Positions 46,611 to 56,186 of a stretch of DNA of 64,000 bases are shown in pieces. The position numbers were made by a program, and so were the translations under genes. Origin of the DNA: Solirubrobacteraceae bacterium (GTDB lineage: Bacteria; Actinomycetota; Thermoleophilia; Solirubrobacterales; Solirubrobacteraceae); the NCBI GenBank assembly GCA_050010595.1, contig JBEKKS010000004.1, forward strand, positions 30,347 through 94,346, given 5' to 3'. The first letter of the stretch is position 1, and every line of letters begins with the position of its first letter. The notes beneath the pieces were generated by a model, which had not been told where the DNA came from, did not search any database, and was given only the letters and a program-made list of their open reading frames with translations.

Positions 46611-47531
46611 ATGCCCGTAACCGTTGTCGGATCAATCGCCTTCGATGCCGTCAAGACCCCATTTGGCGAGCGCGAGCGGATGCTCGGCGGAGCCGCAGTG
46701 CATTTCGCGCTGGCCGCGTCATTCTTCGACGAGGTTCGCATCGTCGGCCCGGTCGGCGAGGACTTCGGCGAAGCCGAGCTCGCCGTGTTGCGCCGGCGCA
46801 ACATCGACACGTCGGGGATCGAGCACGTTGCAGGGGGTAAGACATTTTTCTGGCGCGGCGAGTACGGCTGGGATCTCAACACGCGCGAGACGCTCGACAC
46901 GCAGCTCGGCGTGTTCGAGAGCTTCAAGCCGAAGCTCTCGCCGGCCGCGCGCGAGAGCGACGTCGTGTTCCTGGCGAACATCCAGCCCGATCTTCAACTC
47001 AGCGTGCGCAAGCAATGCACGAACACACGGTTCGCGGCGCTCGACACGATGAACCTGTGGATCGATACGGCGCGCGAGTCGCTCGTGAAGGTGATCAACC
47101 AGGTCGATTGCCTGATCGTCAACGACGCCGAGCTACGCCAGCTCGCGGGCAAGGCAAGCGTCGTCGGTGCAGCGCGCGAGGTCCTCTCGTGGAGCAAGAC
47201 GAACGGACGCGCGGTCGTCGCGAAGCTCGGCGAGTACGGCGCCGCGCTGATCACGCGCGACGGCTACTTCTCGATCCCCGCCTTCCCGCTCGAGACGGTC
47301 GTGGATCCGACCGGCGCGGGCGACTGCTTCGCCGGCGGCTTCGTCGGGTACATCGCCGCGCAGCGAGACAAGCCGCTGACCCCGACGCTGCTGCGCCGCG
47401 CGATGGCATACGGCACAGCAATCGCCTCGTTCAACGTCGTCGAGTTCGGCACCGAGCGCGTCGCCCGCCTGCAGATGCACGAGATCGACGAACGCGTCGT
47501 CGATCTGCGGCGGATGACCGCGTTCAGCTGA
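46611..47531 (+). CDS. PfkB family carbohydrate/nucleoside kinase
   Basis: It has the PfkB signature DPTGAGDCFAGGFVG and a ribokinase-like N-terminus (VVGSIAFD). Confidence 0.85.
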   Translation: MPVTVVGSIAFDAVKTPFGERERMLGGAAVHFALAASFFDEVRIVGPVGEDFGEAELAVLRRRNIDTSGIEHVAGGKTFFWRGEYGWDLNTRETLDTQLGVFESFKPKLSPAARESDVVFLANIQPDLQLSVRKQCTNTRFAALDTMNLWIDTARESLVKVINQVDCLIVNDAELRQLAGKASVVGAAREVLSWSKTNGRAVVAKLGEYGAALITRDGYFSIPAFPLETVVDPTGAGDCFAGGFVGYIAAQRDKPLTPTLLRRAMAYGTAIASFNVVEFGTERVARLQMHEIDERVVDLRRMTAFS

Positions 47532-47584
47532 CCAGCTGATGAGTAGCGGCGACCTCCTGCGGGTAGTAGCATCGCACGGACGGG

Positions 47585-47857
47585 ATGAGCGCGTGGAGCT
47601 ACATCTGGATCGTCGCGCTGTTCAAGATTCCGACGGTCGCGTTTGCGTGGCTCGTCTGGCGCTCGCTCCGTAAGAGCAACGACCCGACGCCGCAGTCCGC
47701 AAGCGACGGTGGTGGCGGCAGCAAGCTGCGCCTCGATCCGCACCCCCGTCCACGCGTTCCACGTCGACCGCGGCGCGGGCCCCATGGCGCGGTCCCGGCA
47801 CCACCGCCGGCCCGTGTCCGTAGCGTCAACGCGCGCGCCCGCGTGGTCGAGCGCTGA
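47585..47857 (+). CDS. hypothetical small membrane protein with basic Pro/Arg-rich tail
   Basis: It has one TM segment (YIWIVALFKIPTVAFAWLVW) and coding-like GC3 at the 5' end. I recognise no family. Confidence 0.4.
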   Translation: MSAWSYIWIVALFKIPTVAFAWLVWRSLRKSNDPTPQSASDGGGGSKLRLDPHPRPRVPRRPRRGPHGAVPAPPPARVRSVNARARVVER

Positions 47858-47971
47858 GCGCGTGACCGAGCCGCCCCCGGGTCGGCACGGCGCCCGGTAG
47901 CTGTGAGACGCCACGGCTGCCGGTGACTGATAATCGAGCGTAAATAAGCCACTCCAGGACGGTGACGAGAG

Positions 47972-49312
47972 ATGAGCACCAAGTCAGGCACGACTGATCA
48001 AGCTGCTACCGCCGGCGGTCAGGCGGGCACCGAGACCCTGAGCATCACCGACAACCGCACGGGCCGCACCTACGAGGTCGCGATCGAGGACGGGTCGATC
48101 CGCTCCCTGGACCTGCGTCAGATCAAGGTCGACGACGACGACTTCGGGCTGCTCGCCTACGACCCGGCCTTCATGAACACCGCGTCGTGTCGTAGCGCCG
48201 TCACCTATCTGGACGGCGATCTCGGCGTCCTCGAGTACCGCGGCTACCCGATCGAGGATCTCGCCGAGCATTCGACATACCTCGAGGTCGCCTACCTGCT
48301 CGTGCACGGTGAGCTGCCGACCGCGCGCGAGCTCGAGGACTGGGTCCAGCAGATCAAGATCCACACCTTCGTCCACGAGAACGTCAAGAGCTTCATCCAG
48401 GGCTTTCGCCACGACGCACACCCGATGGGGATGCTGCTCGGCGCGGTGGGCGCCCTCTCTACTTTCTACCCGGACGCCAACCAGATTCACGACGCCGACA
48501 ACCGCCACATCCAGACGATCCGGCTGCTCGCCAAGATGCCGACCCTAGCCGCGTTCTCCTACCGGCACAACATGGGCCAGCCCTACGTCTACCCGGACAA
48601 CGACCTCGATTACTCGGGGAACTTCCTCGGGATGCTCTACAAGATGACCGAGCTCAAGTACCAGCCCGACCCGCGGCTGGAGCGCGCGCTCGACATCCTC
48701 TTCATCCTCCACGCGGACCATGAGCAGAACTGCTCGACGAGCGTCGTGCGCGCGATCGGCTCCTCGCTCGTCGACCCGTACTCGGCAGTAGCCGGCGGGA
48801 TCGCGGCGCTCTACGGCCCGTCGCACGGCGGCGCGAACGAAGAGGTGGTGCGAATGCTCAGGCGGATCGGGACGAAGGAGAACATCCCCGATTTCATCGA
48901 GGGCGTGAAGGCCGGGCGGGAGCGGCTGATGGGCTTTGGCCACCGCGTGTACAAGAACTACGATCCGCGCGCACGGATCATCAAGAAGGCCTGCGAGGAC
49001 GTGTTCGAGGTGACCGGCGTCAACCCGCTGCTGAGCATCGCGATCGAGCTCGAGAAGATCGCGCTCGCCGAGGACTACTTCGTCTCGCGCCGCCTGTATC
49101 CAAACGTCGACTTCTACTCGGGCTTGATCTACGAGGCACTCGGCATGCCGCCCGCGATGTTCCCGGTGATGTTCGCGATCGGGCGCACGAGCGGCTGGAT
49201 CGCCCAGTGGCTCGAGATGGTGCAGGATCCCGAGCAGAAGATCGCTCGCCCACGCCAGATCTACACGGGCGAGCGCCGGCGCGAGTACGTGCCGATGGCC
49301 AAGCGCGGCTAG
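47972..49312 (+). CDS. gltA: citrate synthase (type II)
   Basis: It has the signature GFGHRVYKNYDPR and catalytic His residues in the LHADHEQN context. It is 446 aa. Confidence 0.95.
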   Translation: MSTKSGTTDQAATAGGQAGTETLSITDNRTGRTYEVAIEDGSIRSLDLRQIKVDDDDFGLLAYDPAFMNTASCRSAVTYLDGDLGVLEYRGYPIEDLAEHSTYLEVAYLLVHGELPTARELEDWVQQIKIHTFVHENVKSFIQGFRHDAHPMGMLLGAVGALSTFYPDANQIHDADNRHIQTIRLLAKMPTLAAFSYRHNMGQPYVYPDNDLDYSGNFLGMLYKMTELKYQPDPRLERALDILFILHADHEQNCSTSVVRAIGSSLVDPYSAVAGGIAALYGPSHGGANEEVVRMLRRIGTKENIPDFIEGVKAGRERLMGFGHRVYKNYDPRARIIKKACEDVFEVTGVNPLLSIAIELEKIALAEDYFVSRRLYPNVDFYSGLIYEALGMPPAMFPVMFAIGRTSGWIAQWLEMVQDPEQKIARPRQIYTGERRREYVPMAKRG

Positions 49313-49316
49313 ATCG

Positions 49317-49976
49317 CTAAAGGACGAGCGCCGAGCCGTTCTGGCGCAGCCATGCGGCGGGCTCGCGCCAGTCCGGGCAGCGGCGTTCGAGCAGCGCCCA
49401 GAAGCGTGGCGAGTGGTCTGCTATCTCGAGATGGCAGACCTCGTGCCAGACGACGTAGTCGAGGACGCGCTCGGGCGCGAGCAGCAGCCGCCAGTTGAAG
49501 CTCATCGCCCCGCCGCTGGCGCAGCTCGCCCACCTGGTCCGCTGGTTGCGGATCGACAGGCTCGTGTAGTGCGTGCCGGCCAGGGCCGTCGCACGATCAA
49601 GCCGCCTTGCGATCTCTTCGCGCGCGGCGCCGCGATACCAGCGCTCGAGCGCCGCCGGAGCCCCCGGCCCGCCGGGCACGAACAGGGTGTTCGCACGACG
49701 GTGAACACGGCTGCGCCCGAGCTCGACGACGATCGCAAGTCGCTGATCGAGATAGGGCAGCCAGCCTTGCCCGCGGGGAATGCGCTCGCGCGCGAGCGCA
49801 AGCTCCTCCAGGCGGCGCGTGATCCACGGCGCCAGCTCCCTGACCGCAGCGGCTGCGGCACGCTCCGGCGCGCGCATCGGCAACACGACCTCGACGCCGT
49901 GATGCGGGTCGATGCGGACACGCACGCGGCGTGCCTTCGGAGCGCGGCGCACGCGATAGGCGATCTCGGGAGTCAT
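49317..49976 (-). CDS. M48 family metallopeptidase (YgjP/DUF45-like)
   Basis: It has the HExxH motif in VVWHEVCHLEIADHSPRFW. ATG 49976 avoids overlap with metF. Confidence 0.8.
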   Translation of the reverse strand: MTPEIAYRVRRAPKARRVRVRIDPHHGVEVVLPMRAPERAAAAAVRELAPWITRRLEELALARERIPRGQGWLPYLDQRLAIVVELGRSRVHRRANTLFVPGGPGAPAALERWYRGAAREEIARRLDRATALAGTHYTSLSIRNQRTRWASCASGGAMSFNWRLLLAPERVLDYVVWHEVCHLEIADHSPRFWALLERRCPDWREPAAWLRQNGSALVL

Positions 49977-49989
49977 GCGCGCGCGCAGG

Positions 49990-50898
49990 CTACCGGGCGC
50001 TGCCGACGCTCGGCGCGTCACGCCAGGGACGCATCAGCTTCAGCGCCGAGACGATCGCGCGCGTGGCCGGGGAGCGGTTGAGGGTAAAGAAGTGGATGCC
50101 AGGGACGCCTCGCGCGAGCAGCTCGGCACACTGGAGCGTCGCGTAGGCAACGCCGAGATCGACGACGGCATCGAGATCCTCGCCGCGCTCCTCGAGTGCG
50201 GCACGCAGCCCGCGCGGAATCGAGATCCCGCCGATCGCGCTGAAGCGCTTGATCTGAGCCGTGTTCGTGATCGGCATGATCCCCGGGATGATCGGCACCT
50301 CGATCCCGGCTGCGCGTACGCGGTGCTCGAAGTCGAAGAATGCTTCGTTGGAGAAGAAGAGGTTCGTGATCAGCACGCTGGCCCCCGCCTGCACCTTCGC
50401 GTGCAGGTGGCGGATGTCGGTCAGGGCGTCGGGCGCCTCCGGATGCGTTTCGGGGTAGCAGGCGGCGATCGCGCAGAAGCGGTCGTAACGACGCGCGATC
50501 AGGTCGATCAGCTCGCTCGCGTGCGCGAGGCCACCCGCAGCCGGGGTGAAGTCGTGCTCGCCCGCCGGTGGGTCACCGCGCAGCGCGAGCACGTTGTCGA
50601 GTCCCGTCTGCGCGAGCTGCTCGAGCGAGGCGCCGACCTGCTCGCGCGTTGCACCCGAACAGGTCAAGTGGGCTGCGGCCTCGATTCCGTGCTCGGCGCT
50701 GATACGGCGAACCAGCTCGATCGTGTCGGCCTGGGTCGAGCTGCCGGTCTTGGTTACGGAAACGAACGCCGGCTCGAGCTCACGCAGCGCGGTCACCGCC
50801 GCGTCGAGGTTGCGCAGGCCCTCGGGCGTGCGGGGCGGGAAGAACTCGAACGAGAAGATCGGCTCGGTCCGCGTGGCGATCAGCTCGTCGATCCGCAT
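49990..50898 (-). CDS. metF: methylenetetrahydrofolate reductase
   Basis: It has MetF motifs (FSFEFFPPRT, HLTC, LRGDPP, GIHFFTLN). The start is ATG 50898, with TTG 50907 as an alternative. Confidence 0.9.
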   Translation of the reverse strand: MRIDELIATRTEPIFSFEFFPPRTPEGLRNLDAAVTALRELEPAFVSVTKTGSSTQADTIELVRRISAEHGIEAAAHLTCSGATREQVGASLEQLAQTGLDNVLALRGDPPAGEHDFTPAAGGLAHASELIDLIARRYDRFCAIAACYPETHPEAPDALTDIRHLHAKVQAGASVLITNLFFSNEAFFDFEHRVRAAGIEVPIIPGIMPITNTAQIKRFSAIGGISIPRGLRAALEERGEDLDAVVDLGVAYATLQCAELLARGVPGIHFFTLNRSPATRAIVSALKLMRPWRDAPSVGSAR

Positions 50899-50969
50899 TC
50901 CCGCCAATTATCGTGAGCCGCACCACTTGTGGCTCCTGACGAGACATTTGGACATCTAGACTGCGAGCA

Positions 50970-51344
50970 ATGGGCCGTCGCGGGCGACAGCGAGGTGGCG
51001 ACCAGGCGCTAGCGGCCGCCGACGCCTCCTACACGGATGCCGAAGGGAACACGCTCGTGCTTCGCGGCGCTCTGAGCCCGCGAACCCGCGCGGCCTACGC
51101 GCGGATCGCAAGCGGTAAGGCCCTCCCACGCGGCGCGACCCGTGAGGACGCCTGGCATCGCTCCGTCGAGTTCCTCTTCGAGCATCTCGCGACGAGCTGG
51201 ACGATCGCCGGCACCTCCCCACTGGTCCGCCCGAACGAGCTGCTCGGCCGCCTCCGGCTCGCCAGTTCAGCCGAGCGCACCTGGGTGCGCGAGTGCCTGC
51301 GCGAGCACTGCGCGGAGCGTTTCCCGGACCTCGCAGCACCATGA
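50970..51344 (+). CDS. hypothetical protein (124 aa)
   Basis: It has coding-like GC3 throughout. No motif is recognised. Confidence 0.5.
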   Translation: MGRRGRQRGGDQALAAADASYTDAEGNTLVLRGALSPRTRAAYARIASGKALPRGATREDAWHRSVEFLFEHLATSWTIAGTSPLVRPNELLGRLRLASSAERTWVRECLREHCAERFPDLAAP

Positions 51345-51502
51345 GCATTTGCATCGCGCACCGCTCAGCGGGCCGCGCACCGTAAGCTTCCGGGCGGGCT
51401 GCCGGCCCGCGACCGTATCGGCCGCGCGATTGGCAGCCCGTTGACGCGTCCTGGGCCGCTTTCAGCCGAGCCCGCACCCCAACACTCTCCACGCCACCGC
51501 CA

Positions 51503-52909
51503 ATGCGCCGCACGAAGATCGTCGCCACGATCGGCCCCGCCTCCCGGGAGCCCGAGGTCCTGGTCCGCCTGGTCGAGGCCGGGATGGACGTCGCGCGCCT
51601 CAACTACTCGCACGGCACGCTCGAGGAGCATGCCGAGACCGCCGAGCGCGTGCGTGAGGCGGCGAGCCGCGCCGGGCGCCCGGTGGCGATCCTGCAGGAC
51701 CTGCCTGGGCCGAAGCTGCGCATCGGAGCCCTCGCCGAAGGCGTTGTCGAGCTCAACCCCGGGTCGATCGTGACGTTCGAGTGCGGTAGCGAAGCGGTCG
51801 GCAACGCGCAGCGGATGTCGGTCACCTGGAAGAGCCTTGCTGCCTCGCTGGAGCCCAACGAGATCATCTATCTCGCCGACGGATCGATCCGCCTGCGCGT
51901 CCGCGCGACGCGGCCGGAGGCGTTCGAGCTCGATGCGGAAGTCGAGGTCGGCGGTGTAGTGGCCTCCCGTCAGGGGCTCAATATCCCTGGGCCGGCGGTA
52001 GGTCTGCCGGCGGTCCCCGAAGAGGATCTCCAGCTGCTCGCCCATGGCGAGTCGATCGACGTGGACCTCGTCGCCCTGTCGTTCGTCCGCTCCGCCGCGG
52101 ACATCGAGTTCGTCCGCGAGCACACGCGGCTGCCGCTGATCGCGAAGGTCGAGAAGCCCCAGGCGGTCGAGAACATGGACGAGGTGCTGCGCGCCGCCGA
52201 CTGCGTCATGGTGGCGCGCGGCGATCTCGGGATCGAGCTGCCGATCGAACAGGTTCCGCTCGTGCAGAAGCGCCTGCTGCGGCTCGCCGGCGAGCTTGCC
52301 CGCCCATCGATCACGGCGACCCAGATGCTCGACTCGATGGTGCGCTCGGCGCGCCCGACGCGCGCCGAGGTGGCCGACGTGGCCAACGCGATCCTCGACG
52401 GCAGCGACGCGGTGATGCTCTCCCAGGAGACGGCCGTCGGCGCCTACCCGGTCGGCGCCGTGGCGATGATGTCGGCGATCGCCGAGGAAACCGAGAAGAC
52501 GATCGACTACACCGACTGGAACGAGCACCGCGTCAAGCGCACGGCGCAGGATCCGGCCTACACGGTCGCCTACGCAGCCTGCCGAGCGGCGAACGAGCTG
52601 GCGCTCGACGCGCTCGTCGTGCCAACGCTGACGGGCCGCTCGGCGCGACTCGTCTCCGCCCACCGACCGAACGTCCCGATCTACGCCCTGTCGCCCGGCC
52701 GCGAGACCGTCCGCCGCTGCGGGCTGATGTGGGGCGTGCAGGCAAGCTGGCAACGTCGCCACGAGGTCACCGAAGAGCTGATCCACGACGCCGCGGCGAC
52801 CGTGATCAAGCTCGGCTGGTGCAAGCCGGGCCAGCGCATCGGCATCACTGCAGGCCTGCCGAGCGGGTCGCCCGGCACGACCAGCCTGCTGCAGATCCAG
52901 CGGCTCTGA
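51503..52909 (+). CDS. pyk: pyruvate kinase
   Basis: It has the motifs MRRTKIVATIGPAS, NYSHG and MVARGDLGIELP. It is 468 aa. Confidence 0.95.
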   Translation: MRRTKIVATIGPASREPEVLVRLVEAGMDVARLNYSHGTLEEHAETAERVREAASRAGRPVAILQDLPGPKLRIGALAEGVVELNPGSIVTFECGSEAVGNAQRMSVTWKSLAASLEPNEIIYLADGSIRLRVRATRPEAFELDAEVEVGGVVASRQGLNIPGPAVGLPAVPEEDLQLLAHGESIDVDLVALSFVRSAADIEFVREHTRLPLIAKVEKPQAVENMDEVLRAADCVMVARGDLGIELPIEQVPLVQKRLLRLAGELARPSITATQMLDSMVRSARPTRAEVADVANAILDGSDAVMLSQETAVGAYPVGAVAMMSAIAEETEKTIDYTDWNEHRVKRTAQDPAYTVAYAACRAANELALDALVVPTLTGRSARLVSAHRPNVPIYALSPGRETVRRCGLMWGVQASWQRRHEVTEELIHDAAATVIKLGWCKPGQRIGITAGLPSGSPGTTSLLQIQRL

Positions 52910-52913
52910 CCGC

Positions 52914-54296
52914 TCAGGTAATGCCCGCGCCGTAGTAGGCCGCCTCCTGGCGGCCGAGCTCTGTCGACGGCGGGCCATCGAAGATCCACTCGAGCGCGAT
53001 CCGGTGCCAGTTGCCCCGCGCGCGCAACTGGGCCATCACCGCGAGCGTGAGCGTCTCGGTGCGGCGACCGAAGAGGTGCTCGCGCGGCAGGTTCTCGTGG
53101 CGCATCTGCTCGTAGTGACGCGAGCGCGGATCGGACATGTCGATCACGACCTGCGTCGCGATCTCCGGCGTCAGCTCAACCTCGGCGTCGCGCGTGTACC
53201 ACCAGGTGACGTCGAAGAACTGCCGGGCGATCTGGTCGGGGCTGTAGCGGCTCGGGTCGCGCAGGAAGCCGCCGGCGTGCAGGTGCTCGATCAGTCCAGC
53301 CGTGTCGCCGCTGATTCCGCGGCGCGCGAGCTCGAGCTCGAACTCGGCGACTGACGGGTCGATTCGCTTGAACAGGCCGAAGTCGAGGAACGCGACGCGG
53401 CCATCGTCGAGCAAGAGGAAGTTGCCCGGGTGCGGGTCGCCGGAGAACTGATGGTGGCGGTACATGCAGCCGAAGTAGAAGCGAAAGATGATCTCGGCGA
53501 TGCGGTCGCGGTCCTGCTGCGGGCGGGCCTTGAGCGTCTCGAAACCCGTGCCCTCGACGTAGTCCGTGACGAGGACGCGCTCGCCGGAGTGACTCGAGAT
53601 CACGTCGGGGACGAAGATGAACGGATGGCCGGCGTGCAGGCGGGCGATCGCGCGCTGGTTCGCGGCCTCGAGCTCGTAGTCGAGCTCCTCGGTGATCCGC
53701 TCGCGGACCTCCTCGCCGATCTCCTTGGCGTCGAGCTCCGGCGCGAGGCGCCCCATCAGGCGGACGAGCATGCCGAAGTTCTGGAGGTCGGCGCGAACGG
53801 CTGCGGCAGCGCCCGGGTACTGGACCTTGACTGCGACCTGGCGACCGTCGTGAAGGCGCGCGCGGTAGACCTGTCCGATCGATGCCGCCGCGATCGGGTT
53901 GCGGTCGAACTCGGCGAAACTCTCGTCGAGCGGCTCGTCGCGCTCGGCCTCGATCACCTTGCGCATCTCGCTAAAGGGGATCGCCGGGGCGCTGTCGCGC
54001 AGCTCTGCAAGCTTGCGTTGGAACTCCTCGCGGTACTCGTCACCGACGAAGCCCACGTCGAGAAACGACATGACCTGTCCGAGCTTCATCGCGGCGCCCT
54101 TCATCGTTCCGAGCACGGCGACGACCTGCTCGGCGGTCTCGACGTGGCGGCGGGCCAGGGCCTGCTGGCTTGATTGCTCGTCGCGGACGACGTTGGCAGC
54201 GCGCGTCGCCAGCTGCTTGGCCGCAGTGCCCGTGGCGAGCCGGCCAATCGTCGCCGATCGCTGCAGGCGAGAGGTCGGGATCTTCTCGCGTGCCAC
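52914..54296 (-). CDS. ABC1/UbiB family atypical kinase
   Basis: It has the ABC1 domain pattern AAASIGQVYRARL...VAVKVQYPG...HGDPHPGNF. Confidence 0.85.
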   Translation of the reverse strand: MAREKIPTSRLQRSATIGRLATGTAAKQLATRAANVVRDEQSSQQALARRHVETAEQVVAVLGTMKGAAMKLGQVMSFLDVGFVGDEYREEFQRKLAELRDSAPAIPFSEMRKVIEAERDEPLDESFAEFDRNPIAAASIGQVYRARLHDGRQVAVKVQYPGAAAAVRADLQNFGMLVRLMGRLAPELDAKEIGEEVRERITEELDYELEAANQRAIARLHAGHPFIFVPDVISSHSGERVLVTDYVEGTGFETLKARPQQDRDRIAEIIFRFYFGCMYRHHQFSGDPHPGNFLLLDDGRVAFLDFGLFKRIDPSVAEFELELARRGISGDTAGLIEHLHAGGFLRDPSRYSPDQIARQFFDVTWWYTRDAEVELTPEIATQVVIDMSDPRSRHYEQMRHENLPREHLFGRRTETLTLAVMAQLRARGNWHRIALEWIFDGPPSTELGRQEAAYYGAGIT

Positions 54297-54299
54297 CGT

Positions 54300-55052
54300 C
54301 TAGCGCAGCCGCTCCACGCGGGAACCGGGCACGATGTCATCGCTTCCGTCGGGCCAGCGCACCCAAGCCTTGTGGCCGCCGTCGTAGTCGCGCGCGAGCA
54401 GGATCAGCGTCGCGGGCTCGCCGCCTACGATGCACCGCTCCGTGCCCTCGTCATCGAGCCCGCGCCATAGGCGGATGAACGGGTTCTCCTGCCACTCGCG
54501 CGCGACTGTCGTCGACGCGCTGTGCCCGGGATAGACGGTGGTGTCGCGCGGCAGCTCCATCAACGTGCCCATGATCGAGTCCTTGAGCGCCTGGTAGGTG
54601 TCGTGGCCTGGCGCACGCACGCCGCCGACCGAGTCGCGGAACAGCGTGTCGCCGGTGAAAACGGCGGCCACCGGACCGTCGACGAGGAACGAGAGCATGC
54701 CCCGCGTATGCCCGGGGGTGTGGAGCGCGTGGATCGAAAGCGCCCCGGCGACGATCACCTCGCCGGGATCGATCGTGCCGGTCACGTCTGCTACCAGCTC
54801 TCGCTCGAGCGGATGAATCAGCACCTCGAGCCCCGGCCACTGGCGCACCAGCGTCGCAACGCCCGCGACATGGTCTGCATGGTGGTGTGTCAGGAGGATG
54901 TGGCTGGGCGTGACTCCATGGCGGAGTGCGGCAGCGATCAGCGGCTCGACCGGCGGCCCGGCGTCGATCACGACCGCGCCGCCGCCCGGGCCGTCGAGGA
55001 CCAGATAGCAGTTCGAGTACAGCGCGTCGTTCATCGAACGCTCGACGATCAT
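54300..55052 (-). CDS. MBL-fold metallo-hydrolase (glyoxalase II-like) with C-terminal extension
   Basis: It has the metal-binding motif THHHADH and further His/Asp ligands (HTPGHT, GDTLF). Confidence 0.8.
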   Translation of the reverse strand: MIVERSMNDALYSNCYLVLDGPGGGAVVIDAGPPVEPLIAAALRHGVTPSHILLTHHHADHVAGVATLVRQWPGLEVLIHPLERELVADVTGTIDPGEVIVAGALSIHALHTPGHTRGMLSFLVDGPVAAVFTGDTLFRDSVGGVRAPGHDTYQALKDSIMGTLMELPRDTTVYPGHSASTTVAREWQENPFIRLWRGLDDEGTERCIVGGEPATLILLARDYDGGHKAWVRWPDGSDDIVPGSRVERLR

Positions 55053-55105
55053 CGCGCGGTCCGAGCGAGCCCGAAGATCAGCGGGACGTCCCTAAACTCT
55101 GAGCC

Positions 55106-55498
55106 ATGGGGTTCCTCCACACTTGCTACAGGATCACAGACATCGATCGTTCGGTGGCCTTCTACCGCGCGCTCGGCTTCGAGGAGGTGCGCCGGATGCC
55201 GATCCGCGACGAGGCGATCAACGTCTTCATGTCGGTTCCCGGCGACGGTCCCGAACCACGGCTCGAGCTGACGTATAACTTCGGCGTCGAGCACTACGAG
55301 CTCGGCACCGCCTACGGGCACATCGCGATCACCGCCGGCGAGCTAGACGCCACCCTCGAGCGCCTCGCGGGCCTGGGAATCGAACCCGAACGCGCGCCGT
55401 ACACCGTCAGCGAGGGTGGCTCACGGATCTGCTTCGTGCGCGATCCGGACGGCTACCGGATCGAGTTGATTGAACGCTCGGCAGAGAAGGACCGCTGA
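55106..55498 (+). CDS. gloA: lactoylglutathione lyase (glyoxalase I)
   Basis: It has the VOC fold, with HTCYRITDIDRSVAFY, ELTYNFG, YGHIAI and RDPDGYRIELI. Confidence 0.85.
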   Translation: MGFLHTCYRITDIDRSVAFYRALGFEEVRRMPIRDEAINVFMSVPGDGPEPRLELTYNFGVEHYELGTAYGHIAITAGELDATLERLAGLGIEPERAPYTVSEGGSRICFVRDPDGYRIELIERSAEKDR

Positions 55499-55528
55499 GC
55501 CGGATCAAGCGCAAGCGCGCCGTGACGA

Positions 55529-55849
55529 CTACAGCTTGTGAGCCTTGACGGCCGTGCCGTAGGCGCACATCTCGGTCCACGTCGAGCCGAGCTCGGAGGT
55601 GTCGAAGCGAAACGCGACGACGGCGTTTGCGCCCTTGCTCTCCGCCTCTTCGACCAGTCGCTCGGTCGCGTGCGAGCGTCCGTCGGCGAGCATCTTCGTC
55701 ATGCCCTTGAGCTCGCCGCCGACGAGCGACTTGAGGCCGGCGCCGATCTGCGAGCCGAGGTTGCGCGAGCGCACCGTGAGGCCGAAGACCTCGCCGATCA
55801 CCTCCTCGATCTCGTAGCCGGGGAGATCGTTCATCGTGGAGATCAGCAT
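55529..55849 (-). CDS. YbjQ/UPF0145 family protein
   Basis: The family pattern runs over the full length (EVIGEVFGL...GGE...R..A...M...A...GANAVV..R). Confidence 0.85.
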   Translation of the reverse strand: MLISTMNDLPGYEIEEVIGEVFGLTVRSRNLGSQIGAGLKSLVGGELKGMTKMLADGRSHATERLVEEAESKGANAVVAFRFDTSELGSTWTEMCAYGTAVKAHKL

Positions 55850-55862
55850 CGCGGACCGAACC

Positions 55863-56183
55863 CTATTCCTCGATCGGATCGCCGGGTCGGGCGGGCGCGC
55901 CGCCTGGGTAAGCGGGAACCACGAGCGGCTCCTTCGCGATGACCTCCTGCTCGATCTCGTCCTCGATCCCGAAGGCGGATCCGTCGCAGTCGATCCGAAA
56001 GCGCTTGGGCGCGACGCGATCGTCGGGGAGCACCGGAACGCCCCAGAGCTCGTCCCAGCCGAACAGCTCGTAGTTGCCAGGGTTCAGCAGGATCGCCCGT
56101 GGTGCCAGCGGGCATGTGCTCGCGTGATGGTCAAGGCCGCGTCGGATGAACGCCAGCATCTCGGCTTCGAGCGAGGGCATCAC
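55863..56183 (-). CDS. hypothetical protein (106 aa)
   Basis: It has coding-like GC3. No motif is recognised. It lies between the ABC exporter and ybjQ on the same strand. Confidence 0.5.
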   Translation of the reverse strand: MMPSLEAEMLAFIRRGLDHHASTCPLAPRAILLNPGNYELFGWDELWGVPVLPDDRVAPKRFRIDCDGSAFGIEDEIEQEVIAKEPLVVPAYPGGAPARPGDPIEE

Positions 56184-56186
56184 CGG